DNA from: Rhodothermus sp.
Lineage (GTDB): Bacteria > Bacteroidota > Rhodothermia > Rhodothermales > Rhodothermaceae
NCBI GenBank assembly: GCA_026989375.1
Contig: JALSJJ010000074.1
Location: forward strand, 4,850 to 68,849
Direction: 5' to 3'
Length of the DNA: 64,000 bases
A program made the translations under genes and the position numbers. The first letter of the stretch is position 1. Every line of letters starts with the position of its first letter. This document shows, one piece after another, positions 38,275 to 48,864 of this stretch. The notes beneath the pieces were generated by a model. That model was not told the origin of the DNA. It ran no database searches and was given only the letters and a program-made list of their open reading frames with translations.

Positions 38275-40752
38275 TCAACGCCGAAGTTGCGCCCCGAATT
38301 GTTGCTGGAGTTGCTGCACAATGGCCGCTACGTGGGCGTCGACTTCTTCATCGGTCAGGGTTCGGTCGGCGCCAAAACGCAGCGAAAACGCCACGCTTTT
38401 TTTGCCGACCGGGATGCGTTCGCCTTCGTACAGGTCGAAAACGCCCACGTAGCGAAGCAGATCACCACCGGTCTGGCGAATGGTTTCCAGCAGGGGGCCT
38501 ACGGGCTGATCACGGTCCACGAGCACTGCGAGGTCGCGGTCCACTTCAGGGAAACGACTGAAGGGGTGGTAGCGGTGTTGCTGGGCTGGATAGGCAAGCT
38601 CAGCAAATGCTTCCCAGTTCAGCTCCGCATAGTAAAGAGGGGCGCGTAGCTCATAGGTTGCCTGCAACGTATCAGAAAGACGCGCCAGCGTACCCAGCAC
38701 GCGCCCATCGGCTACCAGATTCATCTGATAGCTTGCGGTCGGCGCAGGGGAATCGCATGGCACCAGCGCAATGCGATCATTCAGGTGCAGTGTGTCGAGC
38801 AAGGTTTCGATCAGCCCTTTGAGGTCAAAGAAGTCGGTCAGGCGGGGCGTCACGTCCCATCCTTCAGGGGCGTGTGGACCGCTCAACCCAATGATGAGCG
38901 CTTCATGCTCGGCAAAGCCAGGTACGGGCGTATCGGTACGATCCGTACGCATGAAAACGCGGCCGAACTCGAAAAAGCGCAACACCTGCTGCCCCCGGTT
39001 CTGGTTGTAGACGGCAGTCTGGACCAGGCCGGGGAGCAGTGATGGACGCAGTACGGCCATTTCGGCCGAGATGGGGTTCAGGGTTTCAACCAGGTAGGCC
39101 GCCGTATTTTGATGATCGGTTACATTAGTGGGCACAAAGTGGCGGACCACCTCGCGGGGTAGCAGGCTGTTCGTGTAGATTTCCCGCAGGCCCATTCCGG
39201 CCAGTAGCGTACGCACGCGGCGACGCAAGGCCTGCGCTGGTGGTTCTGCAGGCACGCGTGCTGGTACGGTGAAGGCGTCGGGCATGGGCAGTCGATCGTA
39301 GCCATGCACCCGGGCTACCTCCTCAATCAGATCGATCTCTTCGGTTACATCCGGGCGATGAAGGGGCACCGTACAACGGAGGCGCTGTTCCTCGAGCGTC
39401 GGGGCAAAGCCCAGACGATGCAGGATTCGGATTACTTCGGCGGTCGGAATGTCGGTGCCCAGCACGCGAGCCAGACGAGGCAGGCGCAGCGTTACGGTTC
39501 GCGGCTCGAAACGCCGCATTTGCACATCTACAACACCGGGCACGATTTCACCGCCGGCTACTTCGACGATGAGCTGGGCTGCGCGGGCTGCTGCCCAGCG
39601 CTGCATTCCGGCATCAACGCCACGCTCAAATCGGTAGGACGAATCTGTTTGCAGGCCCAGGGCTTTGGCGGTGCGCCGAATTGTAGCGGGGTCGAAGTAG
39701 GCGCTTTCGATCAGGATGTTGGTGGTAGCCTCGGTTACTTCGGAGTTTTCTCCCCCCATGATACCGGCCAGGGCGACCGGGCGTTCGGCATCACAGATCA
39801 GCAGGGCGCCTTCAGGGAGCTGGCGTGTTTTCCCGTCAAGCGTGGTAAATTGTTCGCCAGTATGGGCCCATCGCACATGGATGCGTCCGCCCACCAGTCG
39901 GTCAAAGTCGAAAGCATGCAGTGGCTGGCCGCATTCGTGCAGCACATAGTTGGTTACGTCCACCACGTTGTTGATGGAGCGCAGCCCGATAGCGGCCAGG
40001 CGCTGGCGCAGCCAGAGGGGAGAGGGACCGATCTGCACGTTGCGAACCAGCAGCGCTACATAGCGAGGACAGGCCTCCGGGGCGTCGATGGTAACCTGGA
40101 CCTGCCGGGCAACTTCGCCGCCGGCTTCGGGCACAGACACGTCCGGGCGCTGCAGCGGTCGGTCGAGCAGGGCCGACAGATCGCGAGCCACGCCGATGTG
40201 GCTGGCCGCATCGGCTCGGTTGGGCGTCAGGCTGACCTCCAGCCGGTAATCAGGCACCTTCAGGCCCTGTCGGTACAGATATTCCGTAAAGGGTTGGCCT
40301 ACCGGTAGGTCGTCGGGCAGCACCAGGATGCCGCTGTGGTCGTCTGAGAGGCCGAGCTCGTCCTCGGCACAGATCATGCCTTCAGATACTTCGCCCCGGA
40401 TTTTCGTTTTGCGGATCGTTACGTGCTGGCGGTTGCCTTCCCGATCGGTCAGAAGCAGGGTGGTGCCGGGCGTAGCCACAGCGACCTTCTGGCCGGCGGC
40501 CACATTGGGCGCGCCGCACACGATAGATACCGGTGCTCCATCCCCGAGGTCAACCCGGCAGAGCGTCAGCCGGTCAGCGTTGGGGTGGGGACGCACTTCC
40601 AGGACCTGGCCGATCACGACGCCCCGCAGGTCGGTTCCCAGCGGCTCCACCTCTTCCACTTCCAGGCCCAGACCGATCAGGGCTTCGGCCAGCTCAGCAG
40701 GCGACAGGTCCAGTTCGATGTATTGCTGTAGCCAGCGGTAGGAGAGCTTCAT
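38275..40752 (-). CDS. pheT: Phenylalanine-tRNA ligase beta subunit
   Basis: HPNADRL, CGAPNV, TPNRAD, RFERGVD, C-terminal FDX-ACB RDLAVLV..KKSVAF. Confidence 0.97.
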   Translation of the reverse strand: MKLSYRWLQQYIELDLSPAELAEALIGLGLEVEEVEPLGTDLRGVVIGQVLEVRPHPNADRLTLCRVDLGDGAPVSIVCGAPNVAAGQKVAVATPGTTLLLTDREGNRQHVTIRKTKIRGEVSEGMICAEDELGLSDDHSGILVLPDDLPVGQPFTEYLYRQGLKVPDYRLEVSLTPNRADAASHIGVARDLSALLDRPLQRPDVSVPEAGGEVARQVQVTIDAPEACPRYVALLVRNVQIGPSPLWLRQRLAAIGLRSINNVVDVTNYVLHECGQPLHAFDFDRLVGGRIHVRWAHTGEQFTTLDGKTRQLPEGALLICDAERPVALAGIMGGENSEVTEATTNILIESAYFDPATIRRTAKALGLQTDSSYRFERGVDAGMQRWAAARAAQLIVEVAGGEIVPGVVDVQMRRFEPRTVTLRLPRLARVLGTDIPTAEVIRILHRLGFAPTLEEQRLRCTVPLHRPDVTEEIDLIEEVARVHGYDRLPMPDAFTVPARVPAEPPAQALRRRVRTLLAGMGLREIYTNSLLPREVVRHFVPTNVTDHQNTAAYLVETLNPISAEMAVLRPSLLPGLVQTAVYNQNRGQQVLRFFEFGRVFMRTDRTDTPVPGFAEHEALIIGLSGPHAPEGWDVTPRLTDFFDLKGLIETLLDTLHLNDRIALVPCDSPAPTASYQMNLVADGRVLGTLARLSDTLQATYELRAPLYYAELNWEAFAELAYPAQQHRYHPFSRFPEVDRDLAVLVDRDQPVGPLLETIRQTGGDLLRYVGVFDLYEGERIPVGKKSVAFSLRFGADRTLTDEEVDAHVAAIVQQLQQQFGAQLRR

Positions 40753-40754
40753 CG

Positions 40755-41777
40755 TTAAAACTGCTCCAGAAAACGCAGGTCGTTCTCGTAAAACAGACGA
40801 ATGTCCTCAATGCCGTAGCGTAGCATGGCGATGCGTTCGACGCCCATGCCAAACGCGTAGCCGGTATAGCGTTCGGGATCGATACCCACGGCACGAAACA
40901 CGTTGGGGTGTACCATGCCGCAGCCGAGGATTTCCATCCACTGGCCCCCTTCCGGATGGTCGGGCAGTGGCCACCAGATGTCTACCTCGGCACTGGGCTC
41001 GGTGAAGGGAAAGAAACTGGGGCGAAAACGCATGCGCACGTCCTCGCCAAAAAGCGCCCGGGCAAACAGGTACAACACCTGCTTCAGATCACCCATCGAC
41101 ACGTTGTGGTCTACGTAGAGACCTTCGACCTGATGAAACAGGCAGAACGACTTGTAGGAGACCGCTTCGTTGCGGTAGACACGGCCCGGTGCAATGATGC
41201 GGATAGGGGGAGGCGTTTGCTCCATCACCCGAATCTGCACAGGCGAGGTATGGGTGCGGAGCACAACCGCATCTCGGTAGGATGCCCCCTGACGCAGGAA
41301 GAAAGTATCCTGCATATCACGGGCCGGGTGGTCAGGAGGGAAGTTGAGGGCGGTGAAGTTGTGCCAGTCGTCTTCGATTTCAGGGCCTTCGGCGACCGAA
41401 AAACCAAGCTGTTCAAAGACGCGCACAATGGCCTCCAGCGTCTGGGTCAGCGGATGGAGCGAGCCGGTGAAAGCGCGGCGGCCTGGCAGCGTCAGGTCAG
41501 GTACTTCGGTACGGGGACGGGCTGCCTGGCGCAGGCGTGCGCGAGCTTCTTCCAGTCGCTGCTCGGCCAGGCGCTTCAGCGCATTCAACTGCTGACCGAT
41601 GCGGGGACGTTCTTCCGGAGGAACTTCCCGGATGCGTTTGAACAGGTGCGTGATCTGACCGCTTCGCTGTCCTAAGAAGCGAATGCGGAACGTCTCGGCC
41701 GCCTCCTCCGAGTCGATAGGCGTGTTTTCGATAGCGTGACGTAACGCTTCGAGTTCTTTTTGCATGGAGATCGCCAT
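40755..41777 (-). CDS. pheS: Phenylalanine-tRNA ligase alpha subunit
   Basis: [35 protein letters not shown]. Start 41777 (alt. 41765). Confidence 0.97.
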   Translation of the reverse strand: MAISMQKELEALRHAIENTPIDSEEAAETFRIRFLGQRSGQITHLFKRIREVPPEERPRIGQQLNALKRLAEQRLEEARARLRQAARPRTEVPDLTLPGRRAFTGSLHPLTQTLEAIVRVFEQLGFSVAEGPEIEDDWHNFTALNFPPDHPARDMQDTFFLRQGASYRDAVVLRTHTSPVQIRVMEQTPPPIRIIAPGRVYRNEAVSYKSFCLFHQVEGLYVDHNVSMGDLKQVLYLFARALFGEDVRMRFRPSFFPFTEPSAEVDIWWPLPDHPEGGQWMEILGCGMVHPNVFRAVGIDPERYTGYAFGMGVERIAMLRYGIEDIRLFYENDLRFLEQF

Positions 41778-41788
41778 GGCGTGTCTGG

Positions 41789-41826
41789 AAATAAGAAAGC
41801 CCGCCGACCTGTAACAGGGGCGGGCT
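41789..41826 (-). terminator. Attenuator terminator upstream of pheS
   Basis: Minus strand AGCCCGCC-CCTG-TTA-CAGG-TC-GGCGGGCT followed by TTCTTATTT. Confidence 0.8.
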
Positions 41827-41857
41827 GGGGATGCCTGCAACACGTTCAGCGCCCCGG

Positions 41858-41911
41858 TTACAGGCCAGCGGCGCGAACGCGGAAAAATCGGATGGCACGC
41901 AACGGCTTCAT
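41858..41911 (-). CDS. pheST leader peptide (PheM-like), [17 protein letters not shown]
   Basis: ATG overlaps the rplT stop (ATGA); tandem TTT-TTC codons at 41887-41882; stop codon lies inside the antiterminator arm. Confidence 0.7.
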   Translation of the reverse strand: MKPLRAIRFFRVRAAGL

Positions 41912-42255
41912 GCCGAAACAGCGCGTACGATCTGACGGAAAGTATTGGGATCATTAACCGCCAGATCGGCCAACACCTTGCGATTCAGTTGAATGTCTGC
42001 TTTACGAACCGCTCCCATAAAGCGGGAATAGGTGGTACCGTTCTGGCGGGCCGCCGCATTGATGCGGATGATCCACAACCGCCGAAACTGGCGCTTGCGC
42101 TGGCGGCGATCCCGGTAAGCATACTGGAGTGCCTTTTCTACGGCGTGTTTGGCAATCGTGTAAATCTTACTCCGCCGGCCCCAGTAGCCTTTTGCCATAT
42201 TCAAGATCTTCTTCCGCCGGCGGCGTGCTGCGACTTTATTTGTGGCTCGTGGCAT
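41908..42255 (-). CDS. rplT: 50S ribosomal protein L20
   Basis: [37 protein letters not shown]. Confidence 0.97.
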   Translation of the reverse strand: MPRATNKVAARRRRKKILNMAKGYWGRRSKIYTIAKHAVEKALQYAYRDRRQRKRQFRRLWIIRINAAARQNGTTYSRFMGAVRKADIQLNRKVLADLAVNDPNTFRQIVRAVSA

Positions 42256-42275
42256 GACCCTCGCTTCCTCCAGAG

Positions 42276-42482
42276 TTATCGCTTCGGACCAATATGCAGC
42301 AGGCGCCGGATGCGGCCCACATCGGTTGCATCAACCAGGGCGCTCTGGCGCAGGTGACGTTTCCGTTTTTTGGATTTTTTGGTCAGCAGGTGGCTATGGA
42401 ATGCCCGCCGCCGTTTGATCTTACCGGTAGCGGTTACCTTGAATCGCTTTTTGGCCCCACTGTTTGTCTTAACTTTTGGCAT
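42276..42482 (-). CDS. rpmI: 50S ribosomal protein L35
   Basis: [31 protein letters not shown]. Confidence 0.96.
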   Translation of the reverse strand: MPKVKTNSGAKKRFKVTATGKIKRRRAFHSHLLTKKSKKRKRHLRQSALVDATDVGRIRRLLHIGPKR

Positions 42483-42526
42483 AGCTTCTGTAACTGCTCC
42501 CCTTTCGCAATCCAAAAGAGGCTGCC

Positions 42527-42555
42527 ATTATACGATCCAGACCTCCTTTCGGCAA
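42527..42555 (-). promoter_or_regulatory. sigma70-like internal promoter for rpmI-rplT-pheST
   Basis: TTGCCG-N17-TATAAT on the minus strand between infC and rpmI. Confidence 0.75.
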
Positions 42556-42606
42556 GCAGATCCACAGCGTCTTCTATGGAAAGCAGAGGAATTTATAATG
42601 AAACGT

Positions 42607-43125
42607 TTATTTCTTCTTCGTTGGTGAGAGAATCACCGTCATCCGTCGGCCTTCCATTTTGGGTGGTTGGTCAATCTTGGCCACATCCTGCAGCGCCTCA
42701 ATAAACCGGCGTAGCAGATCCAGCCCAGCATCCTGGTAGATGATGTCCCGTCCCCGGAACTGCACCCACGCTTTTACCTTGTGCCCGTCTTCCAGGAAGT
42801 GACGGGCGTGGCGCGTCTTGAACTCGAAATCGTGGGTGTCTGTGTGGGGACGAAAACGAATCTCTTTAATCTGCTGGGCATGTTGCTTACGGCGCGCCTC
42901 CTTTTCTTTTTTCTGCTGTTCGTAGCGGAACTTGCCGTAATCGATAATTCTACAGACCGGTGGGTTTGCATTAGGGGCAACTTCCACCAGGTCCAGCCCG
43001 CGCTGGCGGGCCATTTCCAGTGCCGTTTGCAGATCGTAAATGCCATGTTGCCCTTCGGGGTCAACGACACGAACGCGAGGCGCGCGGATCTCTTCGTTGA
43101 CCCGGAATTTGTCTACCTTAGCGAT
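42607..43125 (-). CDS. infC: Translation initiation factor IF-3, non-canonical ATC start
   Basis: Frame extends 37 codons above the track's ATG (IAKVDKFRVNEEIRAPRVRVV...). No ATG/GTG/TTG before the in-frame TGA at 43164-43162. The ATC at 43125 follows AGGTAGGAG. Confidence 0.92.
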   Translation of the reverse strand: MAKVDKFRVNEEIRAPRVRVVDPEGQHGIYDLQTALEMARQRGLDLVEVAPNANPPVCRIIDYGKFRYEQQKKEKEARRKQHAQQIKEIRFRPHTDTHDFEFKTRHARHFLEDGHKVKAWVQFRGRDIIYQDAGLDLLRRFIEALQDVAKIDQPPKMEGRRMTVILSPTKKK

Positions 43126-43219
43126 AGCTCCTACCTGGTTTGGTTCATGGATACAACAACCTCAATCGGGGCGGACTCACGCACAGCACGCCCAGGAGTT
43201 CCATCCAGTTCAAGCAAAT

Positions 43220-45208
43220 TTAAGCGTTTTCCGAGACGGTTGCACGTTGCATAGCCGCTTCGATTTCGCCGTGCAGGTGCTTGATAAAGTCTTCGAGCGT
43301 GCTGGCCCCCAGATCGCCTTCCCCATGTTTGCGGACGGCCACAGTGCCAGCCTCACGCTCCCGACGACCTACGATCAGCATATAAGGAATCTTCTGGACC
43401 TCTGCCTGACGAATTTTATAGCCAATCGTTTCGGTGCGGGTATCGACTTCCACCCGGAAGCCGGCCTCGCGCAGGCGCTGGCCTACCGCTTCGGCGTAGT
43501 CGTTCAGTTCGTCACTTAATGGCAGCACAGCTATCTGCACCGGCGCCAGCCAGAGTGGGAAGTTGCCGGCGCAGTGTTCGATGAGCACGCCGATAAACCG
43601 CTCCAGGGAGCCAAACGGCGCGCGATGGATCATCACAGGGCGGTGCTTCTGGTTATCGGCCCCGATGTAATACAGGTCAAACCGTTCGGGCAGTACATAG
43701 TCGAGCTGAACGGTGCCGAGCTGCCAGCGGCGGCCCAGCGCGTCGCGCACCATGAAGTCGAGTTTGGGTCCGTAGAAAGCGGCTTCGCCGATTTCTTCCG
43801 TGGCCTGGAGGCCCATCTCCGCCGCTGCCTCACGAATGGCCTGCTCGGCCTGCTCCCAGAGCGCATCGTCGCCCACGTATTTTTCGCGGTTGTTCGGGTC
43901 GCGCAGGGAGATCTGTGCCTCGAACTCGTCGAAGCCCAGCGCCCGGAAAACGTAAAGCGTCAGGTCGATGACGTTTTTGAACTCTTCTTTGACCTGATCC
44001 GGCCGGCAGAAAATGTGAGCGTCATCGATGGTAAAACCACGCACGCGGGTCAACCCACTCAGCTCGCCCGTTTGCTCGTAGCGATAGACCTGGCCGAATT
44101 CGGCCAGCCGGAGCGGCAGCTCGCGGTAGGAGCGCGGGCGGTCCGCATAGATCATGATGTGGTGCGGACAGTTCATAGGTTTGAGCAGGTAGCCTTCACC
44201 CGTCTCCGGATCTTCGATCATGGGAGGGAACTGACTATCCTTGTAGTAGGGATAGTGCCCGCTCGTCCGGTACAGCTCCAGCCGACCGATGTGCGGCGTA
44301 ACGACCGGCTGATAGCCCCGCCGAATTTGCTCCTCCCGCAGGAACGTGATCAGCGTCTCGCGTAGCGTCGCGCCACGGGGCAACCAGAGTGGCAGGCCTG
44401 GTCCCACCTTCTGGCTGAAGGTGAACAGCTCCAGCTCCCGACCCAGCTTGCGATGATCGCGTTTGCGCGCCTCCTCGAGCCGGTGGAGGTATTCGTCCAG
44501 CTCTTTCTTTTTCGGGAAGCTGATGCCATAGATGCGGGTGAGCTGGGGACGGCGCTCATCGCCTCGCCAATACGCTCCAGCGATGTTGAGCAGTTTGACA
44601 TGTTTGATGTAGCCGGTCGAGGGCACGTGCGGGCCCCGGCACAGATCGGTGAAGTTGCCCTGTCGGTAAAAGGTGATCGTGCCGTCTTCCAGCTCTTCGA
44701 TCAGCTCGACTTTGTACGGATCGCCTTTTTTCCTGAAATACGCCAGCGCTTCTTCTTTGGAGACTGGAATGCGCTCGTAGGGCACGTCGCGGCGCGCCAG
44801 TTCTCGCATCTTTTCTTCGATGCGCGCCAGGTCTTCGGCCGAGAGTTTCCGGTCGCCCAGGTCGACGTCGTAGTAAAACCCCTGCTCAATGGGCGGTCCG
44901 ATGCCAAACTTAACACCCGGATAGAGCGCCTCCAGGGCTTCGGCCATCAGGTGGGCCGTCGAGTGCCAGTAGACGGCCTTGCCCTCCGGATCCTTCCAGG
45001 TCAGGAGGCGGACCCGTGCGTCCTCTTCGATCGGACGGCTCAAATCGCGCACCTCCCCGTTGACCTCAATGGCCAGCGCTTCACGGGCCAGACGGGGGGA
45101 GAGCTGTTCGGCCAGTTCGCGTCCGGTGATCCCCTTCGGAAACGTACGCTCCGAACCGTCCGGGAGTGTAATGCGAATAACGTCGGTCTGTCCGTTGCCT
45201 GCCATCAT
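43220..45208 (-). CDS. thrS: Threonine-tRNA ligase
   Basis: TGS domain, [35 protein letters not shown]. Start MMAGNG (45208/45205). Confidence 0.97.
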   Translation of the reverse strand: MMAGNGQTDVIRITLPDGSERTFPKGITGRELAEQLSPRLAREALAIEVNGEVRDLSRPIEEDARVRLLTWKDPEGKAVYWHSTAHLMAEALEALYPGVKFGIGPPIEQGFYYDVDLGDRKLSAEDLARIEEKMRELARRDVPYERIPVSKEEALAYFRKKGDPYKVELIEELEDGTITFYRQGNFTDLCRGPHVPSTGYIKHVKLLNIAGAYWRGDERRPQLTRIYGISFPKKKELDEYLHRLEEARKRDHRKLGRELELFTFSQKVGPGLPLWLPRGATLRETLITFLREEQIRRGYQPVVTPHIGRLELYRTSGHYPYYKDSQFPPMIEDPETGEGYLLKPMNCPHHIMIYADRPRSYRELPLRLAEFGQVYRYEQTGELSGLTRVRGFTIDDAHIFCRPDQVKEEFKNVIDLTLYVFRALGFDEFEAQISLRDPNNREKYVGDDALWEQAEQAIREAAAEMGLQATEEIGEAAFYGPKLDFMVRDALGRRWQLGTVQLDYVLPERFDLYYIGADNQKHRPVMIHRAPFGSLERFIGVLIEHCAGNFPLWLAPVQIAVLPLSDELNDYAEAVGQRLREAGFRVEVDTRTETIGYKIRQAEVQKIPYMLIVGRREREAGTVAVRKHGEGDLGASTLEDFIKHLHGEIEAAMQRATVSENA

Positions 45209-45351
45209 CTTTTTTTGGTTTGCACGGCCCTTTCTACCCCCGATTGCATAGGGATGCTCCCACATATCGACAGGTTGTAACCTGGCCCCGACGGTTTCCG
45301 TAGACCGAGCAGCTTCTACCCGCTCTAAGTTTATCGCCTTCCTTCTGCGAC

Positions 45352-47844
45352 ATGGTACGGCGTGGTTGTATGTGGATGGTGGCGCTGTGCTTGTGGCTGA
45401 CAGGGGCCCTTCAGGCGCAGCCGCAGCAAGCACCAACGCTACGCGCTGTACGGCTTACCGGTGCTCTAAAATTGGACGGCCATGTTGACGAAAGCGTCTG
45501 GCAAAAAGCCCCGGCTGCAACAGATTTCTGGCAGCGCGAACCGCACGACGGCCGGCCCGCCACCGAGCGCACAGAGGTGCGCGTGCTCTACGACAACGCA
45601 GCGCTTTACGTCGCATTTGTGTGCTACGACCGCAAGCCCAACCGGATTTTGCGACGGCTGGCCCGGCGCGACCGGGTGGTGCTGGCCGATTGGGTGGGCG
45701 TGCTGATCGACAGCTATCGAGATCGCAAGACGGCCTTTGCGTTCTTGATTAATGCGGCGGGCACGAAGGCGGACTTCCTGATTCTGAACGACGGCAACGC
45801 AGAAGATTTCAACTGGGACGCCCTCTGGGAGGCCCGTGTGGCCCTGCGGCCTGACGGCTGGAGCGCGGAATTTCTCATCCCGTTTACCGCGCTGCGCTTC
45901 AGCCAGGCCGACACGCTGCGCTGGGGGATCAACTTCGTCCGTATTATCGGACGCAAAAACGAGCAGGTTTTCTGGGCCTACGTGTCCCGCGCTACCGGTG
46001 GCTTTGTCTCCCGATTTGGCACGCTGGAGGGGCTCGAAGGCATCCGGCCGCCCCGCGCCCTGCTGGTAACGCCCTATGTGGTCGCAGCCGGCACGCACTG
46101 GAGCACCGACCGTACGCCGCAGTACCTGCATCCTCTCAGCCCGACGCTCCGGATGGGCGGCGACGTGCAGTACAGCCTGACCCACAATGCGGTCCTGAAT
46201 CTGACCATAAACCCCGATTTTGGCCAGGTCGAATTGGATGAAGTTGTGCTCAATCTGACCGCTTTTGAAACGTTCTACCCTGAAAAACGCCCGTTTTTTC
46301 TGGAAGGAACGTCAATTTTTCGAACAGTAGAGAGTGGCGGAGATGGAGCGCTACAGACCTATCTCTTTTATTCTCGACGGATTGGTCGCCAACCTCGCGG
46401 CTACTACAGTCTGCCTGACACTGGCAATGTCGAGGACTGGCGCATTGTGGAAAATCCGGCCGCCGTCCCCATCCTCGGAGCGGTCAAGCTAAGTGGGAAG
46501 ACAGCCGATGGCTGGGCCTTTGGTCTGCTGAATGCGCTCACGCAGCGCACCTATGCGACCTTTGAACACGTAAATGGCCGGCGGCAACGCATCCGAACGG
46601 AACCGCTGACCAACTATATGGTGGGACGGCTCCAGCGAGCACTGTCGGCACCGGGTTCCTATCTGGGGCTTATCGGGACGGCTACCTGGCGGGAGGACGG
46701 GACGGTACGCCAGGCGTACACGGGCGGCTTTGACTGGCGCTGGAATCCCTGGGACTATGGCCTGGTTACCGAAGGGCTTTTCTCTTTCAGCCGTCGCATG
46801 CGCCAGGCCGGACCACCTCAGGTAGGGTATCAGGGACAGGCACGAGTCGGATCGCTCCGGCATCCTTACGTAGTGGGCCTCGTGGGCGCCAATTTTGCCA
46901 CCCGGGATTACGATCCCAACGATGTGGGCTTTCACACAATGACCAACTTTGCCGTTACCTATATCTGGATGCAATGGCGCTATCTGCGTCCCTGGGGTCC
47001 GCTATTGCAGGGGCGCCTGAATCAGAACTACTGGTGGATGTATCGGCTGGCCCCCTGGCTGCTCCTGAGCCGGGGAATCAGCCCGAACCTGCACCTGCAA
47101 TGGCGGAACTTCTGGTGGACCCGACTGGGGCTCAACCTGGAATCTGAAGGCTGGGATCTGTACGAATCGCGCGGGGGCGGGCTGTTTCGCAGTCCGCGAC
47201 GCTGGAACGTCTGGGTTTCCGTGAACACGGACGAGCGTCGGACGGTCGTGCTGTCCGTCTCCCTGAACCGACAGGCCGATCGGTATGGAGGGCGCGTTTG
47301 GGGAGGCAGCATCGGGTCGGTGGTGCGTTTCGGTGAGCGCACCGACCTGAGCCTGGACCTCGGCATGCGCTTCCGCCGACGCGAAGTGGCCTGGGCACAG
47401 AATGTACCTGATATGGAGGCACCTGGTGTTACCACCAGCGTGTTCGGACGGCGCGATGTTGATCGCATCAGTCTGACACTTCGAGGCGCGCACACGTTCA
47501 CGCGCGATCTGACGTTGCAGGGCTATCTGCAATGGTTCTGGGCGCGGGGGCACTACCGGGATTTTCAGAAGCTGGGCGATGACGGACGCCTGGTGCCCCT
47601 GCCGGTGCCGTATGACCGGGACCGCTACGGCAATCCGGATTTTCAGCAGGGCACGTTGAACATCAATGTGATCCTGCGCTATGAGTACCGGCTGGGCTCG
47701 ACGCTGTACGTGGTCTGGACCTGGGGCCAGCAGGCCTGGAGTGATCAGGGAAGCGCGGATTCATGGCGCTTTGCGTGGCGCACGCTACGGCGCTCGCCGA
47801 CCAGTGTGCTGCTGGTGAAATGGACCTATACCTGGGGCTTCTGA
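45352..47844 (+). CDS. Exported DUF5916-like protein (N-terminal CBM9-like sugar-binding domain, probable C-terminal beta-barrel)
   Basis: Signal peptide; [11 protein letters not shown]+[19 protein letters not shown] and [12 protein letters not shown] motifs; ends in KWTYTWGF. Confidence 0.75.
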   Translation: MVRRGCMWMVALCLWLTGALQAQPQQAPTLRAVRLTGALKLDGHVDESVWQKAPAATDFWQREPHDGRPATERTEVRVLYDNAALYVAFVCYDRKPNRILRRLARRDRVVLADWVGVLIDSYRDRKTAFAFLINAAGTKADFLILNDGNAEDFNWDALWEARVALRPDGWSAEFLIPFTALRFSQADTLRWGINFVRIIGRKNEQVFWAYVSRATGGFVSRFGTLEGLEGIRPPRALLVTPYVVAAGTHWSTDRTPQYLHPLSPTLRMGGDVQYSLTHNAVLNLTINPDFGQVELDEVVLNLTAFETFYPEKRPFFLEGTSIFRTVESGGDGALQTYLFYSRRIGRQPRGYYSLPDTGNVEDWRIVENPAAVPILGAVKLSGKTADGWAFGLLNALTQRTYATFEHVNGRRQRIRTEPLTNYMVGRLQRALSAPGSYLGLIGTATWREDGTVRQAYTGGFDWRWNPWDYGLVTEGLFSFSRRMRQAGPPQVGYQGQARVGSLRHPYVVGLVGANFATRDYDPNDVGFHTMTNFAVTYIWMQWRYLRPWGPLLQGRLNQNYWWMYRLAPWLLLSRGISPNLHLQWRNFWWTRLGLNLESEGWDLYESRGGGLFRSPRRWNVWVSVNTDERRTVVLSVSLNRQADRYGGRVWGGSIGSVVRFGERTDLSLDLGMRFRRREVAWAQNVPDMEAPGVTTSVFGRRDVDRISLTLRGAHTFTRDLTLQGYLQWFWARGHYRDFQKLGDDGRLVPLPVPYDRDRYGNPDFQQGTLNINVILRYEYRLGSTLYVVWTWGQQAWSDQGSADSWRFAWRTLRRSPTSVLLVKWTYTWGF

Positions 47845-47886
47845 AAAAAAGCCGAGGCGGGAGACCCTGCTGCCTCCCGCCTCGGC
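47844..47886 (-). terminator. Intrinsic terminator after tRNA-Val
   Basis: Perfect 13-bp stem GCCGAGGCGGGAG(47851-63)/CTCCCGCCTCGGC(47874-86), followed by T7 on the minus strand. Confidence 0.85.
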
Positions 47887-47889
47887 AGG

Positions 47890-47963
47890 TGGGTCCTAGT
47901 GGATTCGAACCACTGACCTCCACGATGTCAACGTGGCGCTCTAACCAACTGAGCTAAGGACCC
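47890..47963 (-). tRNA. tRNA-Val(GAC), CCA not encoded
   Basis: GGGTCCTTAGCTCAGTTGGTTAGAGCGCCACGTTGACATCGTGGAGGTCAGTGGTTCGAATCCACTAGGACCCA folds as a cloverleaf with anticodon GAC. Confidence 0.97.
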
Positions 47964-47977
47964 ACGGCACACCGAAA

Positions 47978-48007
47978 AATATACCGCTCCCGACGCGGGC
48001 ATTTCAA
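47978..48007 (-). promoter_or_regulatory. sigma70-like promoter of tRNA-Val
   Basis: TTGAAA-N18-TATATT, ending ~15 nt upstream of the tRNA 5' end. Confidence 0.6.
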
Positions 48008-48173
48008 GCCACAAGGCACGCCTGAAGTTCCCGGTCTGTCTGCTTTCACAGAAAGCCTACGCGTCGATGTTCGTATCTTGCAGAGGGCTAAACTGGCGTC
48101 GGCGTTAGCGGGTGGTTTTCATTCGGGTAGCTGGCAATGCTCCCGGAGTCCTTATGAGGGCGAGGCCATAGAT

Positions 48174-48839
48174 ATGGGACTGGCATCACGTTTATCGCAT
48201 TCCTGGCATCTGTCGCCCACTGAGGCGCAGGCGTTGCAACGTAAGCTGGCCCGACAGGTCCGCTTTGAGGTACCGGAGCGCATGGAGACGGTAGCCGGGC
48301 TGGACGTGAGTGTGCGAGGTGAGCGGGGACGGGCAGCCGTGGTGGTGTGGCAGGTGGCAACGCAGCAGGTGCTGGAAAGCATGACCATCGATGGCGTGGT
48401 ATCGTTTCCTTACATGCCCGGGCTGCTCAGTTTTCGGGAGGTGCCGTTATTGTTGGAAGTGCTGGCGCGGTTGTCTACCACACCGGATGTCCTTATGGTG
48501 GATGGGCAGGGGGTGGCGCATCCACGCCGGTGTGGACTGGCGACGCATCTGGGGGTACTGCTGGATCATCCCACGGTGGGCGTGGCCAAGTCGCGGTTAG
48601 TCGGGCACCATGCCGAACCGGGTCCGGAGAAAGGGAGCTGGGTGCCGCTTTATGACCAGGGTGAGGTAATCGGAGCAGTAGTGCGCACGCGCACGGGCGT
48701 TCGGCCCGTGTATGTGAGCGTGGGGCATCGCATGACGCTGGAGGCAGCCGTGGCACTGACGCTGCGTTGCACCACGCGCTATCGCCTGCCGGAGCCCACG
48801 CGTCTGGCTGATCTGCTCAGCCGGCAACGCGCGGCGTGA
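48174..48839 (+). CDS. nfi: Endonuclease V (deoxyinosine 3' endonuclease)
   Basis: VAGLDVS, FPYMPGLLSFRE, VDGQGVAHPRR.GLA, GVAKS, SVGH, RLPEPTRLAD. Confidence 0.95.
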   Translation: MGLASRLSHSWHLSPTEAQALQRKLARQVRFEVPERMETVAGLDVSVRGERGRAAVVVWQVATQQVLESMTIDGVVSFPYMPGLLSFREVPLLLEVLARLSTTPDVLMVDGQGVAHPRRCGLATHLGVLLDHPTVGVAKSRLVGHHAEPGPEKGSWVPLYDQGEVIGAVVRTRTGVRPVYVSVGHRMTLEAAVALTLRCTTRYRLPEPTRLADLLSRQRAA

Positions 48840-48864
48840 CAGGAGGCCGGAGGTAGTCTAACGG

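Noticed and set aside
41780-41907. T-box leader for pheS
   Set aside because: The gap is only ~130 nt with no UGGNACC T-box or specifier stem; leader-peptide attenuation fits better.
45209-45351. tRNA-mimic translational operator upstream of thrS
   Set aside because: No convincing anticodon-like stem-loops were found by eye.
45209-47963. Integrative element at tRNA-Val
   Set aside because: No integrase and no duplicated tRNA 3' end near thrS.
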